Below, in pieces: positions 1 to 8,419 of a stretch of DNA of 64,000 nucleotides (position 1 is its first letter; every line of letters begins with the position of its first letter). Source of the stretch: Candidatus Fervidifonticultor sextus. Lineage in GTDB: Bacteria > Sysuimicrobiota > Sysuimicrobiia > Sysuimicrobiales > Humicultoraceae. The notes under the pieces were generated by a model. It had not been told where the DNA came from. It made no database searches and saw only the letters and a program-made list of their open reading frames with translations. The stretch is from positions 247,718 through 311,717 of the forward strand of contig JAVKHQ010000001.1 of the NCBI GenBank assembly GCA_031459875.1. The letters run 5' to 3'. The translations under genes were made by a program, and so were the position numbers.

Positions 1-1458
1 GGCCTCGCACCCGGCCACGCAGGGCACGCCCAGGCCCCGGGCCACCACCGCGGCGTGGCTGGTGGCGCCGCCGCGGCTGGTCAGGATGCCCTTGGCGTGC
101 AGCATCCCGTGGACGTCGTCGGGATTGGTCTCGGGGCGGACCAGGATCACCGGTTTGCCGGCCTTGCCCCAGGCCTCCGCCAGGTCCGCGGTGAACACCG
201 CCATCCCCACCGCAGCGCCGGGCGAGGCGTTCAGCCCCCGCGAGAGGAGCCGCCCCTCCTTCACGGCGGCATCCTTGGCGGCGGGATCGAAGCGCGGGTG
301 CAGGAGCATGTCGATGTGGCCCGGCTCCACCCGCAGCACCGCCTCCTCCTTCGTGATCAGGCCCTCGTGGGCCATGTCCACGGCGATCTTCACCGCGGCC
401 TGCGCCGTCCGCTTGGCAGTCCGGGTCTGCAGCATCCACAGGCGGCCGCGCTCGATGGTGAACTCCAGGTCCTGGACGTCCCGGTAGTGCCGTTCCAGCA
501 ACTCGCAGACCTTCACGAACTCCTGGTAGGACTCCGGCATCTCCCGGGCCAGGTCGGCGATCGGCTTCGGCGTGCGGATCCCGGCCACCACATCCTCGCC
601 CTGGGCGTTGGTCAGGTACTCGCCGTAGACCTTCCGCTCGCCGGTGGCCGGGTCCCGCGTGAAGGCCACGCCGGTCGCCGAGTCCGGTCCCATGTTCCCG
701 AAGACCATCGTCTGCACGTTGACCGCGGTGCCCAAATCGTGGGGGATGCCGTGGAACGCCCGGTAGTCCACCGCCCGCTTGCCCATCCAGGAGTCGAAGA
801 CCGCCTCGATGGCCATCCGGAGCTGCTCCCACGGGTCCTCGGGGAAGGCGATCCCGCGCTCCGCCTTGATGATCCTCTTGAAGGTCTGGGCCAGGGCCCG
901 CAGGTCTGCCGCGTCGAGCTCCGTGTCCTGCGTGACCCCCTTGCGGTGCTTGAGGCGCTCGATCTCCCGTTCGAAGCGCTCACCCGGAATGTCCAGGACG
1001 ATCTTCCCGAACATCTGGACGAACCGGCGATAGGCGTCCTGGCCGAACCGTTCGTTGTTCGTCAGGCGGATGAGCCCTTCCAGCGTCTGCGCGTTCAGCC
1101 CCAGGTTGAGGACGGTGTCCATCATGCCCGGCATGCTGAACTTGGCCCCCGAGCGGACGGAGACCAGCAGGGGATTGGCTGGATCGCCGAACCCCTTCCC
1201 CGTCTTCTCCTCGAGGGTCCGCATGCGGGCGCGCACTTCGTCCATGAGCCCCTCGGGGAACTGGCGCCCGGACCTCATGAACTCGGTGCAGGCCTTGGTC
1301 GTGATGGTGAACCCGGGCGGCACCGGCAGCCCGACCCGGCTCATCTCGGCCAGTCCGGCGCCCTTGCCGCCCAGCAGGTCCCGCATCTGGGCGTTGCCTT
1401 CCTCGAAGAGCAGCGTCCAGCGGAACTCCGTACGCCGCCCTTCGGTCGTGATGACCAT
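1..1458 (-). CDS. ppdK: Pyruvate phosphate dikinase (runs off window start)
   Basis: Manual translation from ATG 1458: ...DLLGGKGAGLAEMS...PVPPGFTITT; SVRSGA..SMPGMMDTVLNLG; phospho-His motif RGGATSHAAVVARGLGVPC near base 1. Missing from the ORF track because it has no stop in the window. Confidence 0.96.
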   Translation of the reverse strand, partial: MVITTEGRRTEFRWTLLFEEGNAQMRDLLGGKGAGLAEMSRVGLPVPPGFTITTKACTEFMRSGRQFPEGLMDEVRARMRTLEEKTGKGFGDPANPLLVSVRSGAKFSMPGMMDTVLNLGLNAQTLEGLIRLTNNERFGQDAYRRFVQMFGKIVLDIPGERFEREIERLKHRKGVTQDTELDAADLRALAQTFKRIIKAERGIAFPEDPWEQLRMAIEAVFDSWMGKRAVDYRAFHGIPHDLGTAVNVQTMVFGNMGPDSATGVAFTRDPATGERKVYGEYLTNAQGEDVVAGIRTPKPIADLAREMPESYQEFVKVCELLERHYRDVQDLEFTIERGRLWMLQTRTAKRTAQAAVKIAVDMAHEGLITKEEAVLRVEPGHIDMLLHPRFDPAAKDAAVKEGRLLSRGLNASPGAAVGMAVFTADLAEAWGKAGKPVILVRPETNPDDVHGMLHAKGILTSRGGATSHAAVVARGLGVPCVAGCEA

Positions 1459-1464
1459 CCACCC

Positions 1465-3699
1465 TCACTCCTTTACCGAATATCCGGGGCGTCCGGCTTC
1501 CTGTGGAGCGGACGCGCCCGTCCTTCCGCTTGAATTCGGTGCGGGGGCTCCCCCTGCCTCCAGACGGACCAGCCGGCTGAAGTCGGCAATCTGCAGGAAC
1601 GTAGCGGTGATCTCGCGCAGCAGCGCCAGGCGGTTCCCCCGGACCGCCGGCGCGGGGGCCATGACCAGCACCTCGTCGAAGAACCGGTCGATCGGGTCGG
1701 CCAGCTGCGCCAGGATTTCGAGGGCCTCCATGTAGCGGCGCTCGCGCTCACCCGCCCCCTCCCGCGTCCCCGCCGCCTCCGGGACCAACGCCCGGGCGAT
1801 CTCCGCGTTGGCGTGCTGCCACGCCTGGTAGAGCGCCACTTCGGCCGGCTCGGTCAGTTTCGACTCGTCCACCGCCGGAGCCGGAGCGCCCTGGCCGAGA
1901 ATCCGCGAGGCGCGTGCGAACCCCGTGGCCAGCCGGGCCATGACCGGATCCCCGCGCATCCGGTGCAGCGCGCGGACGCGGGCGGCCAGATCCGTCACCC
2001 GGTCGCCGCGGGTCGCGAAGACGGCATCTACCGCATCGTAGGCCATCCCCTGGTCGAGCAGCGACCCGCGGAACCGCTGTAGCACGAACTCTGCGCAGGC
2101 GCGCGCCATCGGGCCCCCGGTCTCTGCGGGGGCCTCGAAGGTCCCCACCGCGGTGGTGAAGAGGTCGCCCAGTCCTACCGGCAGATCGTGTGCCAGCAGC
2201 ACGGCGGCGATCCCCGAGGCCGCGCGGCGCAGGCCGTAGGGGTCCTGGGACCCGGTCGGCTCCAGGCCGGCCAGCAGCGCGCCCGCCAGCAGCACGGCCC
2301 GATCGGCCACGGCCAGCAGCGCGCCCGCCAGCGTCTGTGGAGGCGTCCCGCCCGCCGCCTTCGGCCAGTAGTGCTGCTCGACGGCGCTGGCCACGTCTGC
2401 GGGTTCGCCCCGCTCCAGCGCGTAGATCCGCCCCATGGTGCCCTGGAGGTCGGGGAACTCGCGGACCATGGCGGTCACCAGGTCCGCCTTGCACAGGCGC
2501 GCCGCCCGCTCGACCGTCTGCCGCCCCGTCTCGTCCAGTCCGACGACCCCGGCCAGCCAGGCTGCGACGCGCTCGAGGCGCCGGACGTGGTCGGCCATGG
2601 AGCCGAGCCCCTCGACGTGCGCCAGACGGGCCAGTTCGCCGATCCACGCATCAAAGTGGCTCCGGCGGTCCTCCTCGAGGAAGAACCGGGCGTCTTCGAG
2701 CCTGGCCCGCACCACCCACTCGTGGCCGGTCCGCACCGAGTCCAGGTGCGCGGTGCCGCCGTCGCGGACCGCGATGAAGGCGGGCAGCAGATCACCCGCC
2801 GGACTCTCGACCCCGAAGCACTTCTGGTGGTGTTGCAGGGTGACCAGCACCACCTCGCGGGGGAGTGCCGCGGACAGCGCCGGGTCGAAGGTGCCGAGCA
2901 GCGGCGTGGGATGCTCGGTGGACCAGACGAGTTCGTCCAGCAGCGCCTCGTCCAGGACCGGTCGCCCGCCGACGCCGCCGGCCAGGGCGCCGGCGCCGTC
3001 GGCGATGCGCCTGCGGCGCTGCTCGGGATCCAGCAGCACGTGGGCCCGTCGGATGGCCGCCGGGTACGCCCTGGCCCCCCGGACCGTCACCGGGCCGGGG
3101 GCGAGGAACCGATGGCCTCGGGTCCGTCGGCCCGCCCTCACCCCGGCCACCGCCAGGGGAATGAGGCGGTCGCCCAACAGGGCCACGACCCACCGGATGG
3201 GCCGTCCGAAGCGGAAGCCGTGAGATGCCCACCGCATGCTCTTGGGAAACGAGAGGCCCGCGATCACGCGCGGCAGGATCTCGGCCAGGACCACGTAGGA
3301 GGGACGGCCGGCCTCCCTGACCTCGGCGGTCACATAGCGGCCCCCCTCGAGGTCCCGAACCTTCAGAGCCTCCACCGCCACCCCCTGCGATCGGGCGAAT
3401 CCCACCGCGGCCTGCGTCGGCGCACCGGCCGCATCGTAGGCGATCCGGGCGGCGGGTCCGCGCACGATGGTCAGACGGTCAGCCTGGCGGGACGCCACGC
3501 CCTCGGCCATCAGGACCAGCCGGCGCACGGTGCCGGTGGTCTGTACCGCCCCCGCTGCGATGCGCGCCTCGCGCAGCGCCGCGCGTGTCTCCCGCGCCAA
3601 CTGCTCCAGCACCGGTGCCACCGAGCCGGGCGGGAGCTCCTCGGTCCCGATCTCGACGAGCAGGGCGGCCGGCGCGCCCGACACGCGGCGCCTAGGCAA
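1465..3699 (-). CDS. glyS: Glycine--tRNA ligase beta subunit
   Basis: [46 protein letters not shown] motifs; TTG start at 3699 behind GGAGG, overlapping the glyQ stop (start uncertain). Confidence 0.95.
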   Translation of the reverse strand: MPRRRVSGAPAALLVEIGTEELPPGSVAPVLEQLARETRAALREARIAAGAVQTTGTVRRLVLMAEGVASRQADRLTIVRGPAARIAYDAAGAPTQAAVGFARSQGVAVEALKVRDLEGGRYVTAEVREAGRPSYVVLAEILPRVIAGLSFPKSMRWASHGFRFGRPIRWVVALLGDRLIPLAVAGVRAGRRTRGHRFLAPGPVTVRGARAYPAAIRRAHVLLDPEQRRRRIADGAGALAGGVGGRPVLDEALLDELVWSTEHPTPLLGTFDPALSAALPREVVLVTLQHHQKCFGVESPAGDLLPAFIAVRDGGTAHLDSVRTGHEWVVRARLEDARFFLEEDRRSHFDAWIGELARLAHVEGLGSMADHVRRLERVAAWLAGVVGLDETGRQTVERAARLCKADLVTAMVREFPDLQGTMGRIYALERGEPADVASAVEQHYWPKAAGGTPPQTLAGALLAVADRAVLLAGALLAGLEPTGSQDPYGLRRAASGIAAVLLAHDLPVGLGDLFTTAVGTFEAPAETGGPMARACAEFVLQRFRGSLLDQGMAYDAVDAVFATRGDRVTDLAARVRALHRMRGDPVMARLATGFARASRILGQGAPAPAVDESKLTEPAEVALYQAWQHANAEIARALVPEAAGTREGAGERERRYMEALEILAQLADPIDRFFDEVLVMAPAPAVRGNRLALLREITATFLQIADFSRLVRLEAGGAPAPNSSGRTGASAPQEAGRPGYSVKE

Positions 3700-4606
3700 C
3701 GCCCCCGCCTCCGGCGGGCTCGCCCCCTGACTGGCGGACCGGCGGTGCACCCTGCTGCAGGTACGCCACCGCCGCCCCCCGCGCCAGCGCCCGGATCCGG
3801 CCCATCAGTTCCACGCGCTGCGTCACGCTGACGGCGCCGCGCGCGTCCAGCAGGTTGAACAGGTGCGAGCACTTCAGCACGGCGTCGTAGGCCGGCAGGA
3901 CGAGCGGGATCTCCAGCAGCCGACGCGCCTCGGCCTCGTGGGCCTCGAACAGCCTCCGCAGCGCCTCCGGATCGCCGTACTCGAATCCATACGTCGAGTG
4001 CTGTCGCTCTTCGTCCCTCCGCAGGGAACCGTAGGTCACGCCGGGCGCCCACTCCACCTCGAAGACCGACGTCTTGCGCTGGAGGTACATCGCCAGCCGC
4101 TCCAGGCCGTAGGTGAGCTCGACCGAGACCGGGTCCAGGTCCAGCCCGCCCATCTGCTGGAAATACGTGAACTGCGTGATCTCCTGGCCGTCCAGAAAGA
4201 CCTGCCACCCGACACCCCACGCCCCGAGGGTCGGCGCCTCCCAGTCGTCCTCCAGAAAGCGCACGTCGTGGTGCTCCAGGACCAGGCCCAGACGCTCCAG
4301 GCTCTTCAGGTAGAGGTCTTGAACGTCGTCGGGCGCCGGCTTGAGGATCACCTGATACTGGTAGTGTTTGTAGAGCCGGTTGGGATTCTCCCCGTAGCGG
4401 CCGTCGGCGGGTCGGCGGCTGGGCTGCACGTAGGCGACCCGCCAGGGCTGGGGCCCGAGCGTGCGCAGGAACGTGGCCGGGTGGAACGTACCGGCGCCCA
4501 CCTCCACATCGTAGGCTTCTTCCAGCACGCAGCCCTGACCGGCCCAGAACCGGTCCAGGGCCAGGATCGTGTCTTGAAAGGTCAGGACCTTGTCGCGTTT
4601 AGGCAT
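3692..4606 (-). CDS. glyQ: Glycine--tRNA ligase alpha subunit
   Basis: [60 protein letters not shown]. Confidence 0.97.
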   Translation of the reverse strand: MPKRDKVLTFQDTILALDRFWAGQGCVLEEAYDVEVGAGTFHPATFLRTLGPQPWRVAYVQPSRRPADGRYGENPNRLYKHYQYQVILKPAPDDVQDLYLKSLERLGLVLEHHDVRFLEDDWEAPTLGAWGVGWQVFLDGQEITQFTYFQQMGGLDLDPVSVELTYGLERLAMYLQRKTSVFEVEWAPGVTYGSLRRDEERQHSTYGFEYGDPEALRRLFEAHEAEARRLLEIPLVLPAYDAVLKCSHLFNLLDARGAVSVTQRVELMGRIRALARGAAVAYLQQGAPPVRQSGGEPAGGGGVA

Positions 4607-4623
4607 CGGTCGCGAACCGTGCA

Positions 4624-4850
4624 CACAACAAAAGAGCGCCGTCTCAGGGACGGGCGCTCCGCGGTTCCACCCTGATTCCCGCGGCACGCCTCGCACCGCG
4701 GGCTCTCGCTCCGCGCTCTCGGGCGGATCCCGGCAGGGGCATTGACCTGCGGCTTGGGAGCGCCGTTCACCGCGCCCCGCGCCCGTTCCCACCACCCACG
4801 GGCTCTCTCAAGCGGTTTGGCGGCTACTCCTCTCCCGCATCGCCGTGCGT
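4624..4850 (-). ncRNA. Glycine T-box riboswitch leader of glyQS
   Basis: Minus strand: AGTAG box, GAGAG bulge/GGTG loop, specifier GAA-C-GGC (Gly, 4762-4764), T-box AATCAGGGTGGAACCGCG (4660-4677), then terminator hairpin with U tract. Confidence 0.92.
4626..4659 (-). terminator. T-box terminator hairpin (glyQS)
   Basis: GAGCGCC-CGTC-CCTGA-GACG-GCGCTC followed by TTTTGTTG. Confidence 0.8.
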
Positions 4851-4865
4851 GATACAGCCTGGGCC

Positions 4866-4894
4866 ATTCTAGCAACCGGGACCGGCGCGGTCAA
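4866..4894 (-). promoter_or_regulatory. sigma70 promoter of glyQS leader
   Basis: TTGACC-17 bp-TAGAAT with TG extension. Confidence 0.75.
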
Positions 4895-5121
4895 CGCGCA
4901 AGCGACGCCCAGGGGCACACTCACGAGCGGCGCACTCTGGTTCGCTCGCAGAGGGGCGTCTCGAATCTCGTTCATCGCCTGTTTCCAAGCCACCCGCCGT
5001 TCCGGGAGCGCCCCCTGGCTGCGCAGGCGTCCCGGCCGCGGTTCGAGATCCACCACCGGCTGGTGACGCAGCGAGCTCAACAGCGCTTGCCGCCACATCG
5101 CCGTGTGCGGTCATCAATTGG

Positions 5122-5874
5122 TCAAGACCGGCCCCGTTGAAGAACAGCCTGCGTCTGCCGCGTGAGACGCATGCCCAGATCGTGCAGGTCGCGGAAGCCT
5201 TCCGGCGACGGGAGGTTAATCTCGCTGGCCAAAAGCCGCAGATTCGGGCCTCCGGCCCAGACTCGGAGAGATCCGCCCTGGTTGGCATGCCACCGTTTGA
5301 TCACAGCGATGACCTCATCTGACACAATCTCCAGTGCCACACGGGCATCGTCGGCGAACACGCGGTAGCCTTCCGGAAGCCTTCCGACGGCTGTGGTCAC
5401 CTCTCGTGCGGTCCGGGCAAAGGCGATGACAGGCGGAAGCCGAACCGCGGTCCTCTGTCCGGCTGCGACGGGCCAGGACCCGGGAGTGACGCCTGCTGTG
5501 GGATCAACATCAAGTCGGTACCCGGACCCGGCCAGCCAGCCCCACGCCGACTCGCTCGTCTTGATATCGTTGCCGACGATCGCGAGCACATGTTCCGAGC
5601 GCACCGAGTCGGTCGTCCAAATCAACGTCGTGCGGCGGGGTGTCTCGGCGTCGTCCACACTGACGACACGAAGCGTCCACTCGACGCCGTCCGTGGCGCC
5701 CGCGTACCGGGCGACCTCGCCCTCTCGGAACGGCTCTGTGACCCGTCCGCCCATGGCAAGGGCCCGTGCCGCGTGTATGGTATGCTCCTTCCCCCGGGTC
5801 GCGCCTCTCCATCGCGCCAGCATGATCACGGCGATGACGACGACAATGAGAATTTCTACCAGCCCGAGCGACAC
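5122..5874 (-). CDS. Hypothetical protein with N-terminal membrane anchor; last gene of island operon
   Basis: GTG start, VSLGLVEILIVVVIAVIMLARWR (one TM followed by basic residues), then ~225 aa soluble domain; no recognised motif. Confidence 0.65.
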   Translation of the reverse strand: MSLGLVEILIVVVIAVIMLARWRGATRGKEHTIHAARALAMGGRVTEPFREGEVARYAGATDGVEWTLRVVSVDDAETPRRTTLIWTTDSVRSEHVLAIVGNDIKTSESAWGWLAGSGYRLDVDPTAGVTPGSWPVAAGQRTAVRLPPVIAFARTAREVTTAVGRLPEGYRVFADDARVALEIVSDEVIAVIKRWHANQGGSLRVWAGGPNLRLLASEINLPSPEGFRDLHDLGMRLTRQTQAVLQRGRS

Positions 5875-5918
5875 GCCAGAACGGCCACGGCGACCCTCAT
5901 TCTGGATGCCGGCCCGTA

Positions 5919-7145
5919 CTACCGCCCGGTCACGACGGTGATCGACGAACCCGGGCTTCCGGCACCAGGAGGAGTAATCGGGGACGGTGTCTGCCACGGT
6001 CCAACGGCCCAGTTCGTGGCGATGGCACCGTCGGACCCTTGGTAGAAGACGTGCAACTGGTCACGGCGCAACACGGCTGCAAGACGGGATCCGGCCCCGG
6101 CCGCACCCGCCGGCGTGATAGCGAAAGGCTTCGCCCACGGCCCGACGGCCCATGTCGTTGCGATCGCGCCGTCGCGAGCGATGTAGAACACGTGGAGTTG
6201 GTCGCCGCCACGGACCACGGCCGCCAGCGGCGAGTCCCCACGGGCTGCGCCGGGCGGGGTGATAGGGAACGGACTTGCCCAGGAGTGCTGACCATCCTTC
6301 CAGGTCGTCGCGACCGCGCTGTCGGGGCGCACGAAGAACACGTGAAGCTGGTCGTTCCCACGGGTCAGCACCGCAATCGGCGTCTGCGGGTTTCCCACAC
6401 CGGGCGGAACAATCGGCTGCCGCCCTGTCGTCTTCTGGAGGGGGTTGACAGGGCGGCAGCTCAGGATGTCGATAGACCAGTCCTCAACGAGTGCGCCGTC
6501 GACGGCCTGGTAGAACACGCTCCACCCGCAGGGGTTCGGGATGAAGGCCAAGCCGGAACCGTTCCCCACCGAGCTGGCCGAAACGACTTCCAAAGCATAC
6601 ACATGAGAGGCCGTGGCGGTCACGGGCTGCTCATCCATACCTGCGACTGAGTTGCGCGGGGTGACGAAGAATATCCAGCCGCGGCGGCCCCACTTGGCAG
6701 CCGTCAGCGGTGAGTCGCCGCGCACGAGGCCAACCTGTGTAATGGCGTTCGCTCTCCACTGGCGACCGACCTGCATCGCGCTCCCAATCGCGCCGTCGGG
6801 CTGGACGTAGAAGGCTTGCAAGAAGCCCTGTTCGTTGACCGCCGCGGCGATTGGCGAGTTTGGCCTCCCCGCGCCGGGCGGGGCAATCTGGGACGGCGTG
6901 CTCCATGGCCCCACGGCCCAGTTCATGCCCAGGGCACCGTTGGGGGCCTGATAGAAGACGTCGAGTTCGTCAGGGTTCCTGGTCAGGGTGCGCTCGATAC
7001 GACCTCCCGGGAGGCCAGGCGCGGCCGCCGCAGCAATGACCGTCGCATCCGTGCTCTTCTTCGCCATCCCCGCCGGAGAGAGCAGTATCGAGGTCACGAC
7101 AAGAGCGACTACCCCGATCTTCATGGCGCCGGCTTGGAGGAGCAT
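5919..7145 (-). CDS. Secreted 7-repeat beta-propeller protein (fucose-lectin/PLL-like repeats), paralog 3
   Basis: AAAGGAG RBS before ATG 7145, signal peptide, seven repeats of consensus QLHVFYxxxDGAIATxWxxGPWxxPxxITPPGAxxxxSPLAAV. Confidence 0.8.
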   Translation of the reverse strand: MLLQAGAMKIGVVALVVTSILLSPAGMAKKSTDATVIAAAAAPGLPGGRIERTLTRNPDELDVFYQAPNGALGMNWAVGPWSTPSQIAPPGAGRPNSPIAAAVNEQGFLQAFYVQPDGAIGSAMQVGRQWRANAITQVGLVRGDSPLTAAKWGRRGWIFFVTPRNSVAGMDEQPVTATASHVYALEVVSASSVGNGSGLAFIPNPCGWSVFYQAVDGALVEDWSIDILSCRPVNPLQKTTGRQPIVPPGVGNPQTPIAVLTRGNDQLHVFFVRPDSAVATTWKDGQHSWASPFPITPPGAARGDSPLAAVVRGGDQLHVFYIARDGAIATTWAVGPWAKPFAITPAGAAGAGSRLAAVLRRDQLHVFYQGSDGAIATNWAVGPWQTPSPITPPGAGSPGSSITVVTGR

Positions 7146-7159
7146 CGGCGACTCTCCTT

Positions 7160-8419
7160 TCACTTGCCCGTCACCGCGACAATCGGGGAGCCTGAGCTTC
7201 CCGCTCCCGGCGGCGTGATGGGCAAGGGCGTCTGCCACGGTCCCGATGGATACGGCAGCGGCGCCACGGCCCAGGTCGTCGCCAGCGCTCCGTCGGGCCC
7301 CTGGTAGAAAACGTGCAACTGGTCGTCGCGGTGCTCGACCGCTGCTATCCGGGAGCCTCGCCCGGCCGCGCCCGGCGGCGTGATGAGGAAGGGCGTCCGC
7401 CAGGGATACAGTGGTCCGATTATCACATTGGCCCTCACCATCGAGGTCGTCGCCAGGGAGCCATCGGAACTCACATAGAAGACGTGGATCACCTCGTCGC
7501 GATGAATGGCCGCTGCTAGCGGCGAATCGCCGCGAGATGCGCCAGGCGGTGTGATTGTGACCGGCGCAATACGGAAGAGCTCGTCAGTTCCATACGTCGT
7601 TGCGACAGCGTTGTCGGGCTGCACAAAGAAGACGTGGACCTGGGTATTGTTGCGGGTTAGCGACGCGATCGGCGACCGCGGAGCCGCCACAAACGGTGGG
7701 GCGATTTGGACTGGCGACTGCCATCCCGGCGCTGCCACGCGTGGTGCAAATCGGGCCCCCACCGGCACAAAGAAAACGTCCACGATCGCTCCGGTGGTCG
7801 TCTGGTAGAACACGTGCCACTCGTTGTTGCGGCGCAGGGCCGCGGCAAGATCGGTGCCGTTGCCCGCCGAGCCGGCCGGCGTGATCGCCTCAGCGGTCAC
7901 GTGGGGGATCGCATCGGTCACCAGGCCCGCGAATATCCTCGAGACTGAGCCGTTCGGGGCGACGAAGAACACGCTGATCTCCCTGCCGAGCCTGACGGCT
8001 GCCAGCGGCGAGTCGACGCGCACGAGGCCGGGCTGTGTGATGGCGCTCGCCCTCCACCGGCCACCGCCGACCTGCATCACGCTCCCAATCGCGCCGTCGG
8101 GCTGGACGTAGAAGGCCTGAAACATGCCCTCCCTGTTGATCGCAGCAGCGATGGGCGAGTCCGGCCTCGCCTCGCCGCGCGGCGTAATCGACGTGGGCGC
8201 AAACCATGGCCCCCCCACTGTCGAGTTCGTGGCGAGCGAGCCATCAGGTCCCCGATAGAAGACGCGACGTTCATCGGGGCCTGGAGCCAGGTTGCGGCCG
8301 AGCCCCCGGGGCTCGAGACCGGGCTGAGTCACGGCGGCTCGGATTGCGCCCCCCTGCGCGGCGACCAAAGCCCAGAAGAGCATGGAGGTCACAGCGAGCA
8401 GACGCACCCCGGTCTTCAT
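7160..8419 (-). CDS. Secreted 7-repeat beta-propeller protein (fucose-lectin/PLL-like repeats), paralog 2
   Basis: ATGA overlap with upstream stop at 8416-8419; signal peptide MKTGVRLLAVTSMLFWALVAAQG; seven repeats with loop insertions. Confidence 0.8.
   Translation of the reverse strand: MKTGVRLLAVTSMLFWALVAAQGGAIRAAVTQPGLEPRGLGRNLAPGPDERRVFYRGPDGSLATNSTVGGPWFAPTSITPRGEARPDSPIAAAINREGMFQAFYVQPDGAIGSVMQVGGGRWRASAITQPGLVRVDSPLAAVRLGREISVFFVAPNGSVSRIFAGLVTDAIPHVTAEAITPAGSAGNGTDLAAALRRNNEWHVFYQTTTGAIVDVFFVPVGARFAPRVAAPGWQSPVQIAPPFVAAPRSPIASLTRNNTQVHVFFVQPDNAVATTYGTDELFRIAPVTITPPGASRGDSPLAAAIHRDEVIHVFYVSSDGSLATTSMVRANVIIGPLYPWRTPFLITPPGAAGRGSRIAAVEHRDDQLHVFYQGPDGALATTWAVAPLPYPSGPWQTPLPITPPGAGSSGSPIVAVTGK

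Noticed and set aside
55..3831. Long plus-strand ORFs (492 and 547 aa; likewise 25212-27551, 36927-39677, 46781-48979)
   Set aside because: Antisense shadows of high-GC genes (ppdK, glyS, HD protein, dnaJ, thrS) with no motifs of their own.
4889..4976. attC-like hairpin at the left island edge
   Set aside because: No proper RYYYAAC/GTTRRRY boxes, no similar sites between the other genes, and no integron integrase.
4808..5120. Short ORFs between the island operon and the glyQS promoter
   Set aside because: No RBS or motif support, and they run into the promoter/T-box; left unassigned.
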